Assembly (NCBI GenBank): GCA_051382305.1
Contig: JBBCAV010000166.1
Coordinates: forward strand, 1-15,219
DNA length: 15,219 nucleotides
Direction of reading: 5' to 3'
DNA from: Bdellovibrionota bacterium FG-2
GTDB taxonomy: Bacteria > Bdellovibrionota > UBA1018
Part shown: positions 8,544 to 15,219 of the stretch, piece by piece
Numbering within the stretch: the stretch's first letter is position 1
How the letters are laid out: each line of letters starts with the position of its first letter
The notes under the pieces: model-generated
Told to the model about the DNA's origin: nothing
Databases searched by the model: none
What the model saw: the letters and a program-made list of their open reading frames with translations, nothing else
Made by a program: the position numbers and the translations under genes

Positions 8544-9839
8544 TTAAGTCGTTTCTGCCAAGATAAGGTCCTCAAAGTTTTCACGCCGCCGAATAACCCG
8601 AAATTCAGCTTCATCAACAAGGACTTCAGCCGCCCGCGGACGGCTATTGTACTGGCTGCTCATCGAAAAACCATAGGCCCCCGCCGATCCAATCGCGAGA
8701 AGATCATCCTCACAAAGACTCGTGGGCAAGGATTTGCCGACCGCAAAAGTGTCCGCGGTCTCGCAAACCGGACCCACCACATCGAATTTAGTTTGAGCTG
8801 TCGTCCCCTGCCCCTTAACCGGCCAAATCGCATGCGAACTGCCATAAAGGGCAGGGCGTATCAAATCATTCATTCCCGCATCAACGATCAGAAACTCTCG
8901 GCCTCCGCGTTTTTTTCTCCCCAAAACACGTGTGAGAAGCACGCCGGAATTTCCCGATAAGACGCGCCCAGGCTCCAAGACAATCAAGGGCTTTCCCGAC
9001 AACCCACTAGAATGCCCGAACGTTCCCACAATGAGTTTGCAATACTTCTCCAATTCGGGGGCTTTTTCGTTTTGATACCGAATCCCCAACCCTCCGCCCA
9101 AATCAAGAATTGAAAGAGGTTCAGGCAGGATGCCGTTCACTACACTTGCTAGCTCGTAAAGTCTCCCAAACGCATCGGCAATTGGCTTAAGCGAGAGCAA
9201 CTGACTGCCGATATGAACACTGAGACCGCGAAAATGTAGCCACGGGTATTGTCGATAAGCGCGGGTGAGCGCCAGGATCTCAGTTTTCTCGAGGCCAAAT
9301 TTGTTCTTTTTTAACCCCGTTGAAATATACGGATGCGTCTTCGCATCGACGTCTGGATTATAACGTAAAGAAACCGAAACCTTCTTTCCAACTTGTTTTC
9401 CAAGATCGTTAAGCCGCGAAAGTTCATGAGCAGACTCCACATTAAACGAAAGCACGCCGGCTGGCGACGCGGTGAGCGCGGCGAGCATTTCCACATCCGT
9501 TTTTCCGACCCCTGAAAAGACAATCTTCTCGGGGGCAATCCCGGCTTTAAGTGCCCGAAACAATTCTCCACCTGAAACAATGTCAACGCCGGCTCCAGCT
9601 TGCGAAAGCATTTTCAGAATTGAAAGATTCGAATTCGATTTTGCGGCAAAACAGATCAAATGAGGAAGGGAGGACAACCCACGCTTCAGTGCAGCCAACG
9701 GCTTCAAAAAGCCTTGTGTAGAATAGACAAAAGTGGGCGTACCCACAGCCTTACCAATTTTGTGAAGGGGCACCTTTTCTGCGAAAAATGCGCCGCCTTT
9801 ATAATTGAAAAAGGTTTCGTGTTGCTTGATTCGCTTCAT
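8544..9839 (-). CDS. lysA: Diaminopimelate decarboxylase
   Basis: PLP-lysine motif CFAAKSNSN, DIVSGGEL, THPYISTG...KFG, HIGSQ, DLGGGLG, EPGR, GPVCETAD, GAYGFSMSSQYNSRPR. Confidence 0.97.
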   Translation of the reverse strand: MKRIKQHETFFNYKGGAFFAEKVPLHKIGKAVGTPTFVYSTQGFLKPLAALKRGLSSLPHLICFAAKSNSNLSILKMLSQAGAGVDIVSGGELFRALKAGIAPEKIVFSGVGKTDVEMLAALTASPAGVLSFNVESAHELSRLNDLGKQVGKKVSVSLRYNPDVDAKTHPYISTGLKKNKFGLEKTEILALTRAYRQYPWLHFRGLSVHIGSQLLSLKPIADAFGRLYELASVVNGILPEPLSILDLGGGLGIRYQNEKAPELEKYCKLIVGTFGHSSGLSGKPLIVLEPGRVLSGNSGVLLTRVLGRKKRGGREFLIVDAGMNDLIRPALYGSSHAIWPVKGQGTTAQTKFDVVGPVCETADTFAVGKSLPTSLCEDDLLAIGSAGAYGFSMSSQYNSRPRAAEVLVDEAEFRVIRRRENFEDLILAETT

Positions 9840-10000
9840 TTTCGCCGCACTTCAGGAACAGTAGATGGATTGGGGGATGGATTTTCGAGCGCCTCCAACT
9901 CAGGCACTGGCGGTTCGGGATAAAGGGGCGCTCCCTTTACCCCACAAGCTGAAACCCAAATAACCCCACCTAGGAGCAACACAAGAAATATTGTTTTCAT
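9836..10000 (-). CDS. Small outer-membrane lipoprotein, LptM/YifL/LppL-like (54 aa; absent from the ORF track)
   Basis: Manual translation: MKTIFLVLLLGGVIWVSA-CGVKGAPLYPEPPVPELEALENPSPNPSTVPEVRRK*. Lipobox VSAC, CGxKG..LY motif and Pro-rich tail. Starts 2 bp after the upstream stop and overlaps lysA by ATGA. Confidence 0.85.
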   Translation of the reverse strand: MKTIFLVLLLGGVIWVSACGVKGAPLYPEPPVPELEALENPSPNPSTVPEVRRK

Positions 10001-10002
10001 GA

Positions 10003-11061
10003 CTAAAACCTCAATGTCAGACCCAACCCAACCGTATCAAACCCCAAATCAAAACGAAGATCCCAGTTCGGGCCCACCTGAAAGAACACCCCCCCGCCCG
10101 CTGCGGGAACCATCTGGCTCATATCTAGGCGCGTTTCTTCCGTGCCCTGCCCTGCGATAAGAACTCGATTAAAAATAAGCCCCCCGTAGAAAAACAGACC
10201 AAACCCTTCCTTAACCTGGACATTGTAACGAGCGGTGGCAAGCATCGGAATCACGGTGTACCCCTCATCGGCCACAGGATAATTAAGTGTTTTGTAATAA
10301 AAAAGCCCCCCCTCTAGCGCAAAGGAATCCTGAAGATGGGCCTTTTGGAGAAGGATCATTTTAAAGAGCGTTACCCCATAACGAAACCCGGCTGCAGCAA
10401 AATAGGTTGAAGCCCCTCCTGCTCCATTGTTGCGGAGATAACCCATCCCCAGGGTCAACCATTGATAATGAGGATCAAGGACTGATACTTCATCAATTTC
10501 AATTTCAATATCTTCATCAACATCCTCTTCATCCCCACCGCGACGAGAAGGGACCCCCTGAGGGCTTTCCAAGTCTTCGGTGTCCGAACTCGGAGTGGCT
10601 GGGGGCGCATCCAAGGAATCTCCATTCTCAAGTTCTTGGAGATCTCTATTATCTTGTGATGAGGGCGGCGGCGCCGCGAGATCTGAAAGCTTCTCAATCG
10701 CAATAAAAAGATCATCATTTTGGGGTGGAGCAAACTTCGGATAACGCTTGATTCTCTTGGCCGCAAACTGCTCCTTGTCTGAGTAAACCTTTAGAACGCG
10801 TACGGCCATAAAAGGCTCGCCTTTTTTCTTAAGAAGCAGAATACGTCCTACGGGAGGCATGTTCTTCTGGGTATTTGCAAAAAGAAAAACTTTTGCGGAG
10901 CGACTCTGCTTTGCGATGGTCGTCGAAAAAGTTCGAGCTTCAATCGAAGCCGGTGACGAAGGCTTATCAAGCGGATCCACCGGCTCTTGTGCAACCGCGA
11001 TTGCAGTGAGCGGAAAAAAGACTATACTACAAATCAATGAGAGCCATCTTTGTGAAGTCAT
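10003..11061 (-). CDS. Putative outer-membrane beta-barrel protein with N-terminal soluble domain and acidic linker
   Basis: Signal peptide (..FPLTAIAVA-Q), basic beta-rich domain and acidic linker (DEEDVDEDIEIEIDE). About 155 aa of alternating amphipathic strands end in GLGLTLRF (terminal Phe beta-signal). Confidence 0.8.
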   Translation of the reverse strand: MTSQRWLSLICSIVFFPLTAIAVAQEPVDPLDKPSSPASIEARTFSTTIAKQSRSAKVFLFANTQKNMPPVGRILLLKKKGEPFMAVRVLKVYSDKEQFAAKRIKRYPKFAPPQNDDLFIAIEKLSDLAAPPPSSQDNRDLQELENGDSLDAPPATPSSDTEDLESPQGVPSRRGGDEEDVDEDIEIEIDEVSVLDPHYQWLTLGMGYLRNNGAGGASTYFAAAGFRYGVTLFKMILLQKAHLQDSFALEGGLFYYKTLNYPVADEGYTVIPMLATARYNVQVKEGFGLFFYGGLIFNRVLIAGQGTEETRLDMSQMVPAAGGGVFFQVGPNWDLRFDLGFDTVGLGLTLRF

Positions 11062-12089
11062 ATTCTACTGGTTTTAGTTTAACTGGTGTCCGCCGCTCTG
11101 TCGAGGCGGCGATTGCATTGAGCTTGTTGTTTTTTTCGCTGGGGTTCGGTTTGGCAAGCGCCGAAGAAGATGCGCATGAAGCCCACCTCCTCATGTCAAA
11201 GAAGAAATGGCCTGAAGCTGCGATTGTGTTGAAGAGCATTTTGAAAAAAGACCCAGAAATAACCTCAGTAACCGTCGATTTGGCACGAGCTCTTTTTTAC
11301 CAAGGCCGCCGAGAGGAGGCGCTAGCCGTTCTTGGAGCCGCGATTGTTCGAGAAAAGCCCGCTCAGCAAAAAATGCTTGTGCGACAGAGCCGCGTGCTCT
11401 CGAGGACCTTTCTAAAGGCGGAAAGTTTTCAGACCTTTCAAGATGGGGTCAATTTCATGCTCCTTTCTCGTTTTCGTCAAGCCGGCGAGCGTCTTGAGAG
11501 GGCCCTCGCAGCTGAGCCTGACAATGTAGAGATTCTGACTCGTTTGGGGCAATGCAGCCTTCTCGATGGGGACGCCGACAGCGCAGCGGAGCGGTTAAGA
11601 GCAGCTCGAAGACTCAATCCATTCGAACCTGAGATTAGCCTTTGGCTCGGGCGCTCCCTTTTTCAGCGGGGAGAGCTTGAGCTCGCTCTCAAAGAACTGC
11701 AAATCGCACATCAAGAACTCGCCGGAGCGCAAACCCCTGTACTCTGGTTCTCCGAAGCGCTAGCTCTGAGTCCGAAACCTCAAGCAGAACTTGAAATTCT
11801 AGAGAAGGACCTGACCTCAAACCCTTTGCACCTTGAAACTTCGCTCGCAAAAGCAAAGTTCCATCTTCGCAATGCCACCCCAAACCAGATCCCAAACCTG
11901 CAGGAGGTCCGCAAAGACTTGATGACGACGCTCGGTCGCATCGAGAAGAACGTATTTTACGATAGCCCCCGCTTAGTGGGCGAATTGGGATTTGAACCCG
12001 CTAAATCTTCAGCAGAATTCAAATCTGAGGTCGAAAAACTGATCCAACAAGTCGAAAAGAAAATCAAAGAGCTATCGGCCGCTAGCTAA
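11037..12089 (+). CDS. Tetratricopeptide-repeat protein, probably exported; start uncertain
   Basis: TPR-like helices (LARALFYQGRREEALAVL; LERALAAEPDNVEILTRLGQC; LWLGRSLFQRGELELALKEL). Signal-like segment IALSLLFFSLGFGLASA-EE. The true start is probably downstream of 11037. Confidence 0.8.
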   Translation: MRAIFVKSYSTGFSLTGVRRSVEAAIALSLLFFSLGFGLASAEEDAHEAHLLMSKKKWPEAAIVLKSILKKDPEITSVTVDLARALFYQGRREEALAVLGAAIVREKPAQQKMLVRQSRVLSRTFLKAESFQTFQDGVNFMLLSRFRQAGERLERALAAEPDNVEILTRLGQCSLLDGDADSAAERLRAARRLNPFEPEISLWLGRSLFQRGELELALKELQIAHQELAGAQTPVLWFSEALALSPKPQAELEILEKDLTSNPLHLETSLAKAKFHLRNATPNQIPNLQEVRKDLMTTLGRIEKNVFYDSPRLVGELGFEPAKSSAEFKSEVEKLIQQVEKKIKELSAAS

Positions 12090-12094
12090 AACGC

Positions 12095-12132
12095 CACAAA
12101 AAAGGCAGGGAACCTTTCGGCGCCCCGCCTTT
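12095..12132 (-). terminator. Intrinsic terminator downstream of citrate synthase (possibly bidirectional)
   Basis: Minus strand reads AAAGGCGGGGCGCC-GAAA-GGTTCCCTGCCTTTTTT: GC-rich stem with G-U pairs and one mismatch, GAAA loop, U tract. Lies between convergent genes. Confidence 0.8.
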
Positions 12133-12159
12133 ATCAAATCAACAAAGTTCAAGCTTGCA

Positions 12160-13488
12160 TCAGGTCAGATTACGTCCGCCTTCAGCAGCCCATTTTTCAA
12201 GCATGTTCAGGGTAACCGATTTAGGACGCTCAAGCGCGTAGCCCAAGCCACGATCCCAAACGATGTTGGCCATCACGCCTAATGCGCGGCCTACGCCGAA
12301 TAGTACAGTGTAGAAGTCATACTCGGTCAAGCCATAGTGCCATTGAATGACGCCTGATTGAGCATCAACGTTTGGCCAAGGATTCTTAGTCTTACCATGC
12401 TCTGTGAGAACGCCTGGCGCCACTTTGTAAATGATGTTGACCAGTTTGAAGATCTCATCATTGGGCAAGTGCTTTTCACAGAATTCCATTTGAGACGTGT
12501 AACGAGGATCCGTCTTGCGAAGCACGGCGTGACCGTAGCCTGGCACGACTTGACCTGCATTGAGGGTGTCCCAGAGGAACTTCCTGATTTCATCGGCATT
12601 CGGAGCTTTTCCGCCCATCTTCTTCATCACGTCTTGAATCCAACGCAACACTTCTTGGTTGGCCAAGCCATGCAGAGGACCTGCAAGACCATTCAAACCC
12701 GCGGAGAAGCTGTAGTAGGCATCCGAAAGCGCGCTGGCCACGAGGTGAGTCGTGTGAGCCGAGACGTTTCCGGATTCGTGATCAGAGTGGAGAATGAAAT
12801 ACATTCTGACCACATCATCATAGGGTTTTGGAATCCCCATCATGTGCGCGAAATTTCCGCCGAAATCCAAATCCTTGTTTGGCGCAATCGGGGTATCACC
12901 TTTGTACTTATAACGATAAATGAAGGCCGCAATCTCAGGCAGGCATGCGATGAGGTTGGTGGCATCTTCATACATCGGATCCCAATACTCGTTTTTCTTC
13001 ATCCCTGCAGCGTAGCGCTTAGCGAAGACGGACTCGCCTTGCATCGCTAGAACTGCGGTTGAAAACATGGTCATAGGATGAGCATTTTTAGGCATCTTGC
13101 GAAGCACATCAAAAACGTATGAAGGGACTTTTGCGCGCGCTTTGAAATCTTTCACAACTTCAAGAGTCTGCTCCATCGTAGGAATCTCGCCGGTCAAAAG
13201 GAAATACCAGAAACCTTCGACGTAAGGATATTCAGCACCTGGAACTTTCGGCAGAGCCGCAAAAGTTTCGGGAATAGTCTTTCCGCGGAAACGAATTCCT
13301 TCTTGTGGATCAAGATAGGAAATATCGGTGACCAAACAACGCACATCACGTGCGCCGCCAATCGCTTGATCGATAGTGACCTGATCAATGACAACTTTTC
13401 CTAGTTCTTTGGTGAGTTTGGTGACCCGAGGAATCTCCGCTTTGATTTTCTCGGCAAGCTTTTCTTTTAATCCCGATGATGCAGCCAT
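12160..13488 (-). CDS. gltA: Citrate (Si)-synthase, eukaryotic/mitochondrial type
   Basis: HSDHESGNVSAH, NGLAGPLHGLANQEV, VVPGYGHAVLRKTDPRY, KNPWPNVDAQSG and ERPKS are motifs of the eukaryote-like dimeric enzyme. Confidence 0.96.
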   Translation of the reverse strand: MAASSGLKEKLAEKIKAEIPRVTKLTKELGKVVIDQVTIDQAIGGARDVRCLVTDISYLDPQEGIRFRGKTIPETFAALPKVPGAEYPYVEGFWYFLLTGEIPTMEQTLEVVKDFKARAKVPSYVFDVLRKMPKNAHPMTMFSTAVLAMQGESVFAKRYAAGMKKNEYWDPMYEDATNLIACLPEIAAFIYRYKYKGDTPIAPNKDLDFGGNFAHMMGIPKPYDDVVRMYFILHSDHESGNVSAHTTHLVASALSDAYYSFSAGLNGLAGPLHGLANQEVLRWIQDVMKKMGGKAPNADEIRKFLWDTLNAGQVVPGYGHAVLRKTDPRYTSQMEFCEKHLPNDEIFKLVNIIYKVAPGVLTEHGKTKNPWPNVDAQSGVIQWHYGLTEYDFYTVLFGVGRALGVMANIVWDRGLGYALERPKSVTLNMLEKWAAEGGRNLT

Positions 13489-13707
13489 ACAAAAACTATC
13501 CTTTCTTTAAGGTGGTAAATTTCTGAACCCCTGAACATTCAACGACAATTTGACTAAAACACTAGAAGGGTACACTAGAATGCTGAAATTTTGAAAAAAA
13601 GTTTTGGAAAAAAGTGCCATTTTTAATTTATCCCAGCTTGACTAACCAAGCACCCTCGCCCTATGACCAAGGAAAGATCACCGCGGCAGTATTCGGGGGG
13701 GTAGTGC

Positions 13708-14373
13708 TTGGCTAATGAAAAAATTTTTATCGCAGTAGCTGGGAACATTGGAACAGGTAAGACGACATTGACCAATATGTTGTCAAAGAAGTTTGGCTGG
13801 ACACCGCATTTTGAGGCAGTCGCCGACAATCCCTATTTAGCTGATTTCTATGCAGATATGAGCCGTTGGTCCTTTCCGCTTCAAGTTTTTTTTCTAACAA
13901 ATCGCTTCCGCGCCCATCAAGATGTGTCGCAGGGCATGAATAGCGCCATTCAAGATCGTAGCATCTATGAAGACGCCAATATTTTTGCACGAAATCTCTA
14001 TGAGCAAGGCAAAATGGAGCAGCGTGACTACCAAAACTACCTCGATCTTTATAACACGATGTGTGGTTTTCTCACCCCTCCAGACCTAGTCATTTATTTA
14101 AGAAAATCTCTACCCAAACTCAAGGAACGCATCGCAAAGCGCGGACGTGATTTTGAGAAAAACATTCCTGATGAATATTTGAAGGACCTCAATCGTTACT
14201 ACAACGATTGGATGGACAGTTACGACCTGGGTAATAAACTCATCGTCGACAGCGATGATCTCGACTTTTTAAATATCCCTGCCGATTTTGACAAACTTAC
14301 ACGAATGATTGTGGGTGGCTTGGATCAGCGTGACGTATTCTTGGAGTCTCGGTTGCTGGGGAATATGCTTTAA
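13708..14373 (+). CDS. Deoxynucleoside kinase (dNK family)
   Basis: P-loop IAVAGNIGTGKTT, NPYLADFYADMSRWSFPLQVFFL, QDRSIYED, PPDLVIYL, RIAKRGRDFE. TTG start after a G-rich RBS. Confidence 0.94.
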   Translation: MANEKIFIAVAGNIGTGKTTLTNMLSKKFGWTPHFEAVADNPYLADFYADMSRWSFPLQVFFLTNRFRAHQDVSQGMNSAIQDRSIYEDANIFARNLYEQGKMEQRDYQNYLDLYNTMCGFLTPPDLVIYLRKSLPKLKERIAKRGRDFEKNIPDEYLKDLNRYYNDWMDSYDLGNKLIVDSDDLDFLNIPADFDKLTRMIVGGLDQRDVFLESRLLGNML

Positions 14374-14390
14374 AGCGGATCCAATTCTGA

Positions 14391-14756
14391 CTACAAAAAC
14401 ACGCGGTAATTAACCCGAAAAATCGCAGCTAGTCGCTTCGCCATAGCTTTTCCAATGGGCCTTTTGCCCTTTTCCATCTCGGAGACATTTTGCTGGGGAA
14501 TACTGAGTTTTCCGGCAAGCTCTAGCTGAGTCATGACCTCTCGTGCGCGCGCACCGCGAAGTGACGTCGCAGCCTCCCCTCCGTCGGCGATGACATCCTT
14601 TAATACCTCACGCCAGGGGACCGAGTCCTCAGAATAGTCTTTCAACGAGACTAGAAGACCCTGAATCTTCTTCTTTGGGATATCCATAAACACATAGGAA
14701 CGCCCGCTAACATTAATCCGTACTTCAGTAGGGCGCTTTTTCTCTGGTGCTGACAT
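14391..14756 (-). CDS. XRE/HTH_3 transcriptional regulator, HigA-like antitoxin
   Basis: C-terminal HTH SLRGARAREVMTQLELAGKLSIPQQNVSEMEKGKRPIGKAMAKRLA. GGAGG RBS upstream of the ATG. Overlaps the 3' end of the upstream toxin frame. Confidence 0.88.
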   Translation of the reverse strand: MSAPEKKRPTEVRINVSGRSYVFMDIPKKKIQGLLVSLKDYSEDSVPWREVLKDVIADGGEAATSLRGARAREVMTQLELAGKLSIPQQNVSEMEKGKRPIGKAMAKRLAAIFRVNYRVFL

Positions 14757-15008
14757 GGGTTACCTCCACAATTTTCATCTCATTATTCTCGACCTTCCAA
14801 ATTGCAATATACGATGGTCGACCCCGCCTATTGAGATGACAATGATGACTGCCATCCGAGATGCTTCGAATAGTTTGGCCAGTTTCCTTTCACAGGACCA
14901 GCAGCTTCAATATCTCGGGCCAAAATCGTCACCGTCTCCGAAACCCATTCGGGCAGTTTACGCAGCTGCTTGGTTGCCTTTTTGGAGATCGAAACGGTCC
15001 AGGCACAT
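14725..15008 (-). pseudogene. RelE/HigB-like toxin interrupted by two single-base insertions
   Basis: Removing one base at 15005 and one at 14862/14863 gives 93 aa: MAWTVSISKKATKQLRKLPEWVSETVTILARDIEAAGPVKGNWPNYSK(L/I)SDGSHHCHLNRRGRPSYIAIWKVENNEMKIVEVTHVSTREKAPY*. This is a RelE-type toxin pattern upstream of an XRE antitoxin. Confidence 0.85.
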
Positions 15009-15015
15009 TGAATCT

Positions 15016-15043
15016 ATCATACACCATTAAATGGTGTCGTCAA
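15016..15043 (-). promoter_or_regulatory. Sigma70 promoter with palindromic operator for the toxin-XRE operon
   Basis: Minus strand: -35 TTGACG (15043-15038), 16-bp spacer, -10 TATGAT (15021-15016). A perfect inverted repeat ACACCATT-A-AATGGTGT (15021-15037) fills the spacer. Confidence 0.8.
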
Positions 15044-15070
15044 GGTCATGCTCAAAATTTCCACATTAAC

Positions 15071-15217
15071 TCAGAACTTCATCTCGAAACCGCCATTGCC
15101 GTAAAACAACATTCCGTCTTCTTCTTTTGTAGTTGGCCAGCTCCGAGAAAAAACGTTGTTCCTGCGTCCATAAAACTCCATCTCTGTTTTGACCTCTTTT
15201 CTGGCTCGATAAACTGG
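15071..15217 (-). CDS. Possible 3' end of a gene entering from the right edge
   Basis: One frame reads ...PVYRARKEVKTEMEFYGRRNNVFSRSWPTTKEEDGMLFYGNGGFEMKF*, with a terminal Phe as in beta-barrels. All three minus frames are open here, so the frame is uncertain. Confidence 0.3.
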   Translation of the reverse strand, partial: PVYRARKEVKTEMEFYGRRNNVFSRSWPTTKEEDGMLFYGNGGFEMKF

Positions 15218-15219
15218 TT

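Noticed and set aside
8508..8960. 150-aa plus-strand ORF and other short ORFs nested in the kinase, amidohydrolase, lysA and barrel genes
   Set aside because: They overlap well-supported genes and show no RBS or family signal.
12358..13050. 230-aa plus-strand ORF
   Set aside because: Antisense shadow of citrate synthase with no recognisable motifs.
14755..15030. 91-aa plus-strand ORF
   Set aside because: It is antisense to the frameshifted toxin, which explains the region with family motifs and a promoter.

Overview
A bacterial chromosomal window of roughly 50% GC. The gene content resembles Bdellovibrionota/Oligoflexia or other delta-proteobacteria-like lineages (inference only). A tRNA-Pro(CGG) gene at 5031-5108 (-) divides it into two parts. 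Left of the tRNA 3' end is an accessory-looking block: two tandem DnaA-box-like 9-mers, a Phd/YefM-ParE/RelE toxin-antitoxin pair, a hybrid histidine kinase translationally coupled to a family-5 solute-binding-like protein, and a Cys/Ser/Tyr-rich repeat protein. The last two genes lie head-to-head and both appear 5'-truncated at one junction (~4310-4330). Right of the tRNA are mostly housekeeping and envelope genes: a membrane-anchored creatininase-like protein with an amidohydrolase, a small membrane protein, a tight operon (outer-membrane beta-barrel, a 54-aa LptM/LppL-like lipoprotein missing from the ORF track, lysA, RDD-like protein, heptose-1-P adenylyltransferase), a TPR protein, a eukaryote-type citrate synthase with terminator, and a deoxynucleoside kinase. 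The window ends with a toxin-first RelE/HigB-XRE module whose toxin carries two 1-nt insertions while the antitoxin and operator are intact. No clearly new system is proven; the best candidates are the SBP-kinase pair and the membrane-associated double-hydrolase module.
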